Under the pieces are notes generated by a model. That model ran no database searches. It saw nothing but the letters and a program-made list of their open reading frames with translations, and was not told the origin of the DNA. A DNA stretch of 64,000 bases from Candidatus Limnocylindrales bacterium (GTDB lineage Bacteria; Chloroflexota; Limnocylindria; Limnocylindrales; CSP1-4), in the NCBI GenBank assembly GCA_036002405.1, contig DASYTK010000040.1:1299-65298 (forward strand), in the 5' to 3' direction. Of the stretch, positions 43,572 to 51,512 are shown one piece after another. How positions within the stretch are numbered: position 1 is the first letter of the stretch; the number at the start of each line of letters is the position of its first letter. A program made the position numbers and the translations under genes.

Positions 43572-45059
43572 CTAGACGACGAGTTCGTCCTCCGCGTCGC
43601 GGCGCGCGCCGACCGAGACGAACTCGCCCCGCTCCTCCCCCACCGGCTCTCCTGGTCGCGTCCGGGTGCGCCGAACGTTGATCTCGACGACGTCCCGGGC
43701 AAGGATCAGATCGAGCGTCCAGTCGATCGCCACCCTGATCCGCCGCTCGAACGTGGGCAGCCGGAGCAGGTAGTAGCTCCGCCAGAGGAACCAGGCCAGG
43801 AAGCCGGAGACCCGCACTCCCCGGATCTCGCCGACCCCCTTGAAGCGCCCCAGCGACACGAGCATCCCCTGGGTACGATACGAGAAGGGAGTGGGCGCCC
43901 GCCCATCGAGCACAGCCAGGACGTTGCGCGCGGCGACCGGTCCTTCGCGGATCGCGTGCTGGGCCGTGGCGGGCATCGGTCGTCCCGTGCCCGGCTCGAC
44001 TATCGATGCGCTGTCCCCGAGGACCCAGATCTGCTCCAGCCCGGGCACCGCGAACGTTGCGTCGGGCATGATCCAGCCTCGCTCGTCCTTCGGGCCGGGC
44101 AAGGCGGCGACGACCGGATGGGGCGCATTGCCCACTGTGCTCACGACGGTCCCCGCCTCGATCGAGGAGCCGTCGTCAAGCTCGACCCGGTCGGCGTGGA
44201 CCCGGACGAGCCGGCGGTTCAGCACGAGCTCCACGCCGGTCTGGGCGAGCTTCCGCGTGGCGTAGCGGGCGAGCCGATCGCCGAACGCTTCGAGGACCCG
44301 CTGCCCGCGATGGACGAGGACGACGCGCGGCTCGTCCGGGGCAAGTCGGGGGAACGTGCGGCCGGCCACGCGCAGGAGATCGCGCAACTCGGCGGCGACC
44401 TCGGCGCCGGTCGAGCCGCCGCCCACGACGACGAAGGTCAGGAGCCGGCGCCGGCGGTCCGGGTCGGGCTCGATCGTCGCCTCCTCGAGCATGTCGAGAG
44501 CCCGATTGCGCAGGTAGAAGGCGTCGCCGAGCGTCCGGATCCCGAGGGCGTGCTCCGCCATGCCCGGCACCGATCCGAAGTCGGTGACGCTTCCGAGCGC
44601 GACGATCAGGGCGTCGTAGCCGAGGGTCAGCCGCTCGCCGCCCATCCGTCGCCGAGCGTGGACCTCGCGGCGCCCGGGGTCGATCCCCTCGACGATCGCG
44701 ACCTCCACCTCGACGTCGCGGAGCATCCGCCTCAGGGGGACGACGACGTGCGTCGTCTCGATCGTCCCGGAGAGGATGTCCGCGAGCAGGGGCTGGAAGA
44801 CGAAGTAGTTGTCTCGGTTGAGGAGGACGATCTCGACCGACCCGTCGACCTCCGCCGCGTCCGTCCCCTCCCCCGGTCGCTGCCTCCCGACCAGCCGACC
44901 CGCCCGGATCAGCCGGCCCTCGCCGACCGGCCGACCTGCGCGGACCAACCGGCCCTCGCTCCGGAGCCGCTTCGCGAGCTCCTGGGCGGCGCTGACGCCT
45001 GCGAAGCCGCCGCCGAGGATCACGACCCGGCGCGGATCGGCGGTCGGCTGTCCGATCAC
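43572..45059 (-). CDS. ndh: Type II NADH dehydrogenase-like FAD-dependent pyridine nucleotide-disulfide oxidoreductase
   Basis: VVILGGGFAGVSAA...NYFVFQPLL...FVVVGGGSTGAEVAAEL is the NDH-2 pattern. It contains an Arg-rich repeat insertion after the first Rossmann strand. Confidence 0.8.
   Translation of the reverse strand: MIGQPTADPRRVVILGGGFAGVSAAQELAKRLRSEGRLVRAGRPVGEGRLIRAGRLVGRQRPGEGTDAAEVDGSVEIVLLNRDNYFVFQPLLADILSGTIETTHVVVPLRRMLRDVEVEVAIVEGIDPGRREVHARRRMGGERLTLGYDALIVALGSVTDFGSVPGMAEHALGIRTLGDAFYLRNRALDMLEEATIEPDPDRRRRLLTFVVVGGGSTGAEVAAELRDLLRVAGRTFPRLAPDEPRVVLVHRGQRVLEAFGDRLARYATRKLAQTGVELVLNRRLVRVHADRVELDDGSSIEAGTVVSTVGNAPHPVVAALPGPKDERGWIMPDATFAVPGLEQIWVLGDSASIVEPGTGRPMPATAQHAIREGPVAARNVLAVLDGRAPTPFSYRTQGMLVSLGRFKGVGEIRGVRVSGFLAWFLWRSYYLLRLPTFERRIRVAIDWTLDLILARDVVEINVRRTRTRPGEPVGEERGEFVSVGARRDAEDELVV
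44883..44960. repeat. In-frame 36-nt tandem duplication inside ndh (EGRLVRAGRPVG / EGRLIRAGRLVG)
   Basis: Residues 34-59 of the NDH-2-like protein show a visible DNA-level repeat, ...CCGGCCCTCGCCGACCGGCCGACC.../...CCGGCCCTCGCTCCGGAGCCG... Confidence 0.55.
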
Positions 45060-45090
45060 CGTCTCGTGGGCCTCCTTCGCCAGTGCGGGA

Positions 45091-45234
45091 CTGCCATTTC
45101 TGCGATGTACGAGTCAGCCTCGTACCTCATCGCCGAGCCGCCGGACCCGCTGTCACTTACGAGCCAGGTTCGTACTCCATCGCGGAGCCACCGGATCCGC
45201 TGTCACCTACGAGCCAGGTTCGTACTCGGCAGCG
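45091..45234. repeat. Tandem array (about 2.7 units of roughly 50 nt) of the CTG[CT]CAC-TACGAG hairpin repeat
   Basis: U1 45091-45149 reads CTGCCATTTCTGCGATGTACGAGTCAGCCTCGTACCTCATCGCCGAGCCGCCGGACCCG. U2 45150-45199 reads CTGTCACTTACGAGCCAGGTTCGTACTCCATCGCGGAGCCACCGGATCCG. U3 45200-45234 reads CTGTCACCTACGAGCCAGGTTCGTACTCGGCAGCG. Confidence 0.75.
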
Positions 45235-45340
45235 TCTATGCCGCCGAAGTCCCCGTGAGCGGTTCGCGGAGGACTCCATCAAGCACGTTTTACCCGCCTC
45301 GTTCGTCAGCGTGAGACGCCCAGGCTGTCAGAACCCTGAC

Positions 45341-45368
45341 TAGCACGAGCCCCAGTCGTAGGTGGCAG
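45341..45368. repeat. Inverted solo copy of the same hairpin repeat
   Basis: The complement reads CTGCCACCTACGACTGGGGCTCGTGCTA, nearly identical to the 8310-8338 copy. It lies 26 nt from the tRNA-Arg 3' end. Confidence 0.6.
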
Positions 45369-45393
45369 CACCCTGGGCGCACCGAGGCTGAAC

Positions 45394-45469
45394 TGGCGCG
45401 CCCGGCAGGATTCGAACCCGCGACCTGGTGGTCCGAAGCCACCCGCTCTGTCCGCTGAGCTACAGGCGC
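45394..45469 (-). tRNA. tRNA-Arg (anticodon UCG), CCA encoded
   Basis: The reverse complement folds as GCGCCTG-TA-GCTC-AGCGGACA-GAGC-G-GGTGG-CTTCGGA-CCACC-AGGTC-GCGGG-TTCGAAT-CCTGC-CGGGCGC-G-CCA. Confidence 0.9.
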
Positions 45470-45804
45470 GCGGCTCCGATTCTAGACGTCAGGCACCGCA
45501 GCGCCGACCGCGGGTCCCCGGGGCCGGGCCTGGAGACCAGACCGAGGCGGCTGCCCGTCATGTTGAGCGAGCTCGCCACCGAGCCCGCGCCCGACTCGAG
45601 CGTCAGCGTCCCAGCCGACTTCACCCTGGCCTGCCGGCTCCCGATCGAGGGGTCAACGATGTTGACGACGGTGCCGGTCGCGGCCAGGCCGTGGAGTCAA
45701 TCCGAAGCCGGTAGATTGACCATCAGCCCGGGCTCATCGCGTCGCGCCGGCAGCCCGATTGGCCAGCTCCGCGGCCGGGGACAGAGCCTTGACCGGTCAG
45801 GTAC

Positions 45805-46287
45805 TCAGATCCAGGGAAACGCGGTCCCCGTCGCGATCGCCGCGATGACGACGACCACGAGCCACCCCGCCAGAGCGACACCGATGTCCACGGCCCGATT
45901 GAGCAGGATCTCCGTCTCACCGAAGCCGGGGACGAAGTACTCGAACGCCTCCCAGGCGAAGACGAGGATTACGACCCAGAGAAGCGGGACATACCAGACG
46001 CCGAACACGAGACCGGCGCCGGTGTGCGAGATCGTCCACCAGTCGAACGGTTGGTCGTCCCTGGCACCGGCCGCTCGACTCGGAGCACGGGCGGAACCGA
46101 GCACGAAGTCCCGCAGGCCGATGCCCACCGTATAGGCGATCCACAGCCCGGTCACTGTCCAGCGAAGCCCATCCGGCACGACCGGCTTCTGGGTGAAAAG
46201 GACGATCAGCACCCCGACGGCCAGGACCGCCACCAGCGCCAGCCAGCTATACCAGGGGATGGATGACTCCCGCGCCGCCACCGCCAT
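45805..46287 (-). CDS. Hypothetical 4-TM membrane protein
   Basis: 160 aa with four hydrophobic helices (WLALVAVLAVGVLIVLF, VTGLWIAYTVGIGL, GLVFGVWYVPLLWVVILVFAW, VALAGWLVVVVIAAIA). No family recognised. Confidence 0.6.
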   Translation of the reverse strand: MAVAARESSIPWYSWLALVAVLAVGVLIVLFTQKPVVPDGLRWTVTGLWIAYTVGIGLRDFVLGSARAPSRAAGARDDQPFDWWTISHTGAGLVFGVWYVPLLWVVILVFAWEAFEYFVPGFGETEILLNRAVDIGVALAGWLVVVVIAAIATGTAFPWI

Positions 46288-46544
46288 CTCCGCCTCCTAC
46301 CGACTCCGTCCGCGACCCGCGATTGAGACCGGTCGCTCGTCTTCTCCCGGATGCCTACACCGCGCAAGTCATACCACAGACGATGCCCGGTCGACCAGAG
46401 GTTGACATTCGTTGAGGGGAGCCGGAAGTCACGCTCCTCGGTCATCTCGTGAGCGGCCGGCGGCGAAACATCTCATCTGGCGACGTAAGGCGCGGCGATA
46501 TCGACTGGGGACGATCCAGCCGCAGGAAGCGCCGCTGTTTCCCC

Positions 46545-46762
46545 GGGGTGTTCGTCGGGCGAATGGAAGAGCCAACGAGGTCCGCTGGCGCGCCCCTGGC
46601 GCGGCTCTTGCTGTCCCTGCCATGCGCGGGGCGCATATAGCGGCTGACGAGACGCCAGTCGGGGTCCGCCGTTGGTAGTTCCATTCACCCCGCGCATATG
46701 GCGGCTGACGAGACGCCAGTCGGGGTTCGCCGTTGGTAGCTCCATTCACCCCGCGCATATCC
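46545..46762. repeat. 61-nt tandem repeat (2.2 copies, 46631-46762) plus a diverged inverted copy (46545-46592)
   Basis: Copy A (46631-46691) and copy B (46692-46752) differ at 3 positions. Copy C is the first 10 nt only. Upstream, GGGGTG...GAATGGAAGAGCCAACGAGGTCCGCTGGCG is the approximate reverse complement of the unit. Confidence 0.75.
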
Positions 46763-46777
46763 CGGGGCGGGGGTGGG

Positions 46778-47590
46778 CTAGGTCGGCGCGGCGAGGTCGC
46801 GACGCGGGAAGACGATCAGCGCATAGATGACGCCGGCGACGATAACCGTCGACAGCAGCACGAGGTGGAACGGGTCGAGCTTTCCCTCGAGGATCTTTTG
46901 CGGCTGCAGGTAGTGGAAGAGCGAATAGGGCTGGAGGAAGTCGGCGTCCGGCCAGAGCGAGCCCAGGACCTGGAAGAAGTAGCTCATGAGGAGGACGGCG
47001 AGCGTCACAGCAAGAGCCGGGGTCAGCCGGTCGAAGGTGACCGAGGCGCCGAGGGCGATCGATGCGAACGCGAGGTGGAGGAGCACGCCGTTGAGCCAAA
47101 GGGCCGGAAGGTTCGGGGTCTGGAGCTCGTCGAGCAGGTTCCAGAGCGCCGCTCCGACAAGCGTCCCGCTCAGCAGGGCAAGGATCGCGAGGCCCACGAA
47201 CACCAGCGACGCGAGGAAGAGCGTCCCGTAGAGCGTCCGGCGCGAGATCGGCCGGGCGAGCAGCACCTCGAGCGTCCCGCGCTGACGTTCGCCCGCCACC
47301 GACGCGACCGTGAAGCCGACCGTGAAGACCGCCAGCAGGATGACGGCGATCGGATGGATGAAGCCGATCGCGATCATTCCCGCCAGCCGGGTGATGTCGC
47401 CTCCCCCGAACTGGGTCATCTGCCGGAACTGATCCGGGACGAGCCCGGAATCCATGAGCTGCTCGAACTGGCGGCCGAACTCGCTCCAGATGACCGGCAT
47501 GAGCGAGCCCCAGGCCGCGAGGGCGAGCATGACGATCGCCAACCTCAGGCGCTGGGCAGCCAGGATGCGCCGGAAGTACACGTGGTTCAC
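46778..47590 (-). CDS. ABC-2 type transporter permease
   Basis: The GTG start overlaps the ATPase stop (GTGA). About 270 aa and 6 TM. The track ORF to 48304 is an artefactual upstream extension. Confidence 0.75.
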   Translation of the reverse strand: MNHVYFRRILAAQRLRLAIVMLALAAWGSLMPVIWSEFGRQFEQLMDSGLVPDQFRQMTQFGGGDITRLAGMIAIGFIHPIAVILLAVFTVGFTVASVAGERQRGTLEVLLARPISRRTLYGTLFLASLVFVGLAILALLSGTLVGAALWNLLDELQTPNLPALWLNGVLLHLAFASIALGASVTFDRLTPALAVTLAVLLMSYFFQVLGSLWPDADFLQPYSLFHYLQPQKILEGKLDPFHLVLLSTVIVAGVIYALIVFPRRDLAAPT

Positions 47591-48660
47591 GGCCGCTCGT
47601 CCGGTCCCGATCGGGCCGCGGTCACCTCGGCCGGGGGTGCAGACTCGGCCGGGGATGCCGACTCGGCCGGGGGTGCCGACTGGAGCGCTGGCGCCCCTGC
47701 CAGCCCGGGCGGGGTTGCCGAATCGCGCGAGGGAGGGGGCGGCTCGACCCCACCATGCACGCCGTCCGGCCCGTAGTACTCGAGGAAGGCGTCCTCGAGG
47801 CTCGCCGGCCTGATCGTTAGATCGGTGATCGTCGCCGGTCCCAGCGCCTGGAGGAACGGCCCAACGTCGCCCTGGAGCAGGCAGGTGAGGATGCCGTCCG
47901 TGAGGCGGATGTCGGACACGCCGGCAACCCCGTCGAGGAGGGGCGGCCGGCCGGCGTAGCGAAGCTCGACGTGGCGTCGGCGCCGCGTGATCAGGGCGTG
48001 GATCTCCTCCAGCGCCACGAGCCGGCCCTCGCGGATGATCGCGACCCGGTCGCAGACGCGCTCTACCTCGGGAAGGATGTGCGAGGAGAAAAAGATCGTC
48101 CGGCCTTCCTTCTTCAGGTCGTCCAGGACCGAGTAGAAGGCCTGCTGCATGAGTGGATCGAGGCCTTCGCTCGGCTCGTCGAGGATCGCCAGCTCGGGAT
48201 CGTGTTGAAGCGCCTGGATGATGCCCATCTTCTGACGCATCCCCCGCGAGTAGTCGCGGATCGGACGTCGCAGCGCGTTCGTTCCCATCTCCAGGCGATC
48301 GCACAGCTCGCGCCGTCGCGAGCTCTCTCGGCCGTAGAGCCGCCCCAGGTACTCCAGCAGCTCCTGGCCGGTCATCGAGTCGTAGAGAGCGATCCCGCCG
48401 GGCAGATATCCGACCCGGCGACGGATCTCGAGACTGTCCCGCGCGATGTCATGGTCCAGCACCTGCCCGCCTCCGCTCGTCGGATGGAGGAAGCCAAGCA
48501 GGCAGCGGATCATCGTGCTCTTGCCCGCCCCATTCGGTCCCAGGAAGCCGAAGATCTCGCCCTCGCGCACCTCGATCGAGACGTCCTCGAGCGCCCGGAC
48601 ACGGCCCACCATCCGCCGGCCGTAGTGCTTCGTCAGGCCCTTCGTCTCGATCGCGGTCAC
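47587..48660 (-). CDS. ABC transporter ATP-binding protein with Pro/Ala/Ser-rich C-terminal tail
   Basis: It carries Walker A GPNGAGKST, signature YSRGMRQK and Walker B AILDEPSEGLD. Confidence 0.85.
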   Translation of the reverse strand: MTAIETKGLTKHYGRRMVGRVRALEDVSIEVREGEIFGFLGPNGAGKSTMIRCLLGFLHPTSGGGQVLDHDIARDSLEIRRRVGYLPGGIALYDSMTGQELLEYLGRLYGRESSRRRELCDRLEMGTNALRRPIRDYSRGMRQKMGIIQALQHDPELAILDEPSEGLDPLMQQAFYSVLDDLKKEGRTIFFSSHILPEVERVCDRVAIIREGRLVALEEIHALITRRRRHVELRYAGRPPLLDGVAGVSDIRLTDGILTCLLQGDVGPFLQALGPATITDLTIRPASLEDAFLEYYGPDGVHGGVEPPPPSRDSATPPGLAGAPALQSAPPAESASPAESAPPAEVTAARSGPDERP

Positions 48661-48805
48661 GGTGTAGACGCTACCTCAGGACGCCGGCCGGCGGCGCGGT
48701 GGTGGAATACCGCTGCAACGCTGGATCTGTCGGAGGGCGAATCGTTCGAGATGCCCTGGAGGCCATCATCCCACTCGACGACGCCCCACCGCGCCGCATC
48801 TCTTG

Positions 48806-49345
48806 ATGTCTGAGACCGAAACTCCCGCAATCTTCATCGACCTGGAGGGCGCACTGATCGAGGTGCGGCCCGGTCGCGAGCGGCCGGCGTTCTCGATGCA
48901 GCCGGCGGTCGACGAGGGCCTTCGTCGGCTGGCCGAGCTGACCGACACGATCGTCGCCCTCGTCGAGCCTGCACCCTCGGGCAGCCGGCCGCGGCCGAGC
49001 GCCCGCCTGGTCGGCAGCCGCGCATCAATGGTCCAGGGCGGCCCGAAGATCCTCTTCGTCGGCTGCCCCCACACGACGGGGCGCTGTCGCTGCGCGAAGC
49101 CGTACCCCGGGCTGATCGAGCTCGCAGCCTCCGAGCACGGGATTCCGCTGACCGGTGCCTGGCACATCACCTCCGATGCCCTCGGGGTCCAGGCCGGGCG
49201 CGCCGCGGGCCTGAAGACGATCAGGATCGGACCGCACGCCGGGGACCCCGAGAGCGCCGTCCACCGGCCCGACTACGAGGCGCGCGACCTCCTCGACGCG
49301 GCGAACTGGATCCTCGTCCAGGCCCTGGGACAGCCGACCGCCTAG
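48806..49345 (+). CDS. HAD-IIIA family phosphatase (GmhB/histidinol-phosphatase-like)
   Basis: Motif I reads FIDLEGAL (DxE instead of DxD). The C-x-C-(R/A)-KP-x-PG element reads CRCAKPYPG. Motif IV region is SDALGVQAGRAAG. Confidence 0.65.
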   Translation: MSETETPAIFIDLEGALIEVRPGRERPAFSMQPAVDEGLRRLAELTDTIVALVEPAPSGSRPRPSARLVGSRASMVQGGPKILFVGCPHTTGRCRCAKPYPGLIELAASEHGIPLTGAWHITSDALGVQAGRAAGLKTIRIGPHAGDPESAVHRPDYEARDLLDAANWILVQALGQPTA

Positions 49346-49358
49346 GGGCCGGGGCGGC

Positions 49359-50051
49359 TCAGCGGTCGGCCCCCCTGTGACGGACGGCCCACCAGCCGAC
49401 CGGCAGCAAGCCCGCGGCGAGGGCGATCTTCAGGACGTCGCCCGGAATGAACGGAAGCAGCCCGTAGCGGATCGTGTCGTCCGCGCTGAGGGACGCCGCA
49501 ACTGCCAACCAGGGCAGCCCGACGACGTAGATCAGCGCGTTCCCGAGCGCCAGGGCGGCTATCGCGCCGGCCAGGTTGCGGTCCCATCCGAGCTCCGCCA
49601 GCCGGCCCACGAGCCCGGCGGCGAGGACGAAGCCGAGCAGGTAGCCGCCGGTCACGCCCAGCACGATCCGGCCCCCCTCGAGCCCGACGATCGTGTCCAG
49701 CCCGGCCCGGTACGAAGCGCTATCCGAGTCCCAGGCGAAGACGGGAAGCCCGACGGCTCCGAGGGCCAGGTAGAGGCCGACGGCGAGGAGCCCGCGGCGG
49801 AATCCGAGCAGCGCGCCTCCGAAGAGGACGCTCGCCGTCTGGAGCGTGACGGGCACGAGCGGGTTGTCCGGCAGATAGAAGCTGATCCGGGCGCCCAGGA
49901 TGATGAGGAGTGTCCCGGCCACGATCATCAGGAGATGGCGCTGGCGGGACGACGCCCGCTCCCCCACCCGGATGGGGACGAGGAAATCCCCAAGGGTGAT
50001 GCCGCGCTCGAAGGGCGGGACGCGCGCCAGCCGGGACGTGGCGGTCGCCAT
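49359..50051 (-). CDS. bioY: BioY family biotin transporter S-component
   Basis: 230 aa. PVTLQTASVLFGGALLGFRRGLLAVGLYLALGAVGLPVFA is the conserved BioY core. Confidence 0.8.
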   Translation of the reverse strand: MATATSRLARVPPFERGITLGDFLVPIRVGERASSRQRHLLMIVAGTLLIILGARISFYLPDNPLVPVTLQTASVLFGGALLGFRRGLLAVGLYLALGAVGLPVFAWDSDSASYRAGLDTIVGLEGGRIVLGVTGGYLLGFVLAAGLVGRLAELGWDRNLAGAIAALALGNALIYVVGLPWLAVAASLSADDTIRYGLLPFIPGDVLKIALAAGLLPVGWWAVRHRGADR

Positions 50052-50060
50052 GCCCGGATG

Positions 50061-51128
50061 CTACCAGACGGATTCGCCGCTCAGCGGGCCGCCCGCGGTC
50101 GCGCCCCCGGCGCCCACGATCCTCAGCGCCGCGGGCAGGACTCGGAACTCGAAGGGCTCGCGGCCCAGGAGCTCGCCGTCGGCCTGGAGGTAGATCGGGC
50201 CACCCGAGTCGACGGCCTCGATCCCCAGCCGGCCGGTGCGCTTGAGCTCGACTCGGGGACTGCTCAGGTGGGCGCCGGTTCGGACGCGCCAGGCGAACGT
50301 CAGCATCTCGGGACGCGAGACCGCGCCCAGGAGGAGCACGTCGAAACAGCCGTCGGTGGGATCGGCGCCCGGAGCGACCAGCATCCCGCCGCCCTCGTAC
50401 GGGGCCAGGAGGACCTCGACGCTCTCCAGCGCGCGCTCCTCCTCCTGGCCGTCGTCCCAGCGGAGGCGGAGGCGGCGGTCCCGCCAGTCGACGATCGTGA
50501 GGATCGCCGCGGCCGTGTAGAGGTACGCACCGAGACGGGCGGGGAAACGGGCCGTGCGCTGGGCCACGAACGGGCTGAACCCGACGCCCGCCGCGTTGAT
50601 GAAGCGCCGGCGCGCCGATCGGTCTGGGTCCGTGGAGCCGGCGGCCGGGTCCCGGCCGCCGATCCCGTCCGCGGGGAGCCGCCCCGCGACGAGCGCGCCT
50701 GGCCGGTACGTGACCTCGCCGGCGTCCAACCGCTCCGCGGCCGCTGGGTCGCCATCGAGGAAGGCCCGGAACGCGATCGCAAGAGCGGCCGGGTCGGTCG
50801 GGAGCCGGAGTCCGCGGGCGTAGTCGCTGCCTCGGCCGGCTGGCACCAGGCCCACGCCGGGCTCGTCGGGCAGCCGGTCGTCTCCATGGAGCAGCCCGTT
50901 CACGACCTCGTGGAGCGTCCCGTCTCCGCCGACCGCCACGACGAGGCGCGCCCCCTCGTCGCGTGCTCCCCGGGCTAGGCGAGCGGCCTCGGCCGCCCCG
51001 GCCGTCAGCTCGACGCGGTACGGGATGCGCGCCGCCTCGAGTGCGGCGGCAACGGGCGGCCAGCGCCTGGAGAACGCCCCGCGGCCCGCGCCGGGATGGG
51101 CGATGACTCGGACCGCCGGCTCGCCCAT
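50061..51128 (-). CDS. Diacylglycerol kinase catalytic-domain (YegS/DagK-like) lipid kinase
   Basis: It carries the VVAVGGDGTLHEVVNGL motif and has the architecture of DAGK_cat family proteins. Confidence 0.8.
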   Translation of the reverse strand: MGEPAVRVIAHPGAGRGAFSRRWPPVAAALEAARIPYRVELTAGAAEAARLARGARDEGARLVVAVGGDGTLHEVVNGLLHGDDRLPDEPGVGLVPAGRGSDYARGLRLPTDPAALAIAFRAFLDGDPAAAERLDAGEVTYRPGALVAGRLPADGIGGRDPAAGSTDPDRSARRRFINAAGVGFSPFVAQRTARFPARLGAYLYTAAAILTIVDWRDRRLRLRWDDGQEEERALESVEVLLAPYEGGGMLVAPGADPTDGCFDVLLLGAVSRPEMLTFAWRVRTGAHLSSPRVELKRTGRLGIEAVDSGGPIYLQADGELLGREPFEFRVLPAALRIVGAGGATAGGPLSGESVW

Positions 51129-51140
51129 CGTCGACCGGTC

Positions 51141-51512
51141 TCAGCCCACCAGGCGGTCGCTGACGCTGAAGCGGAGGAGGCCCAGGTCCCGCTCGTAGAT
51201 CTCGACCTCCAGTCGGTGCTCACCCGGTGACAGCGGCTCGCCCGCGACATGGAGCGTCACCCGGTCACCCTGGCGCACCGCGATCGGGCTCGTAGGGCTG
51301 ACCTCGGCAGCCGGGAACCGCGCGCCGTCCGATTCGCGGACCGCGGTGACGGCCCGCGGGTCGATCGTCCGCTCGTCGACGCTGAGTCGCCCGAGACCGA
51401 TGAGGCGGCCGTCCCCGAGCGTGTTCTGGGCCTGGAGCGTGAACCCGTCGGGCGCATTCCGGAGACTGCCCTGGACGTAGAAGCGCCGGACGAGGAACCC
51501 GGGAACGTTCAC
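51141..51512 (-). CDS. Hypothetical protein (123 aa)
   Basis: It is tightly packed between the BadF-type kinase gene (adjacent stop/start) and the lipid kinase gene (12-nt gap). No family recognised. Confidence 0.55.
   Translation of the reverse strand: MNVPGFLVRRFYVQGSLRNAPDGFTLQAQNTLGDGRLIGLGRLSVDERTIDPRAVTAVRESDGARFPAAEVSPTSPIAVRQGDRVTLHVAGEPLSPGEHRLEVEIYERDLGLLRFSVSDRLVG

Noticed and set aside
45091-45234. Possible CRISPR array (regularly spaced repeats near a tRNA)
   Set aside because: The whole roughly 50-nt unit is conserved from copy to copy, so there are no unique spacers. There are only about 2.7 units, and no cas genes lie in the window. Treated as a tandem/dispersed hairpin repeat instead.
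45428-46135. 235-aa plus-strand ORF
   Set aside because: It starts inside tRNA-Arg and is antisense to the 160-aa membrane protein gene. Its composition is Pro/Ser/Arg-rich and it has no RBS.
46631-46762. Hammerhead-ribozyme-like CUGACGAG core, or a CRISPR-like repeat, in the 61-nt unit
   Set aside because: After CTGACGAG the putative stem II has a mismatch. No GAAA element or cleavage-site helix follows on either strand. The units are contiguous without spacers. Kept only as an unexplained tandem repeat.
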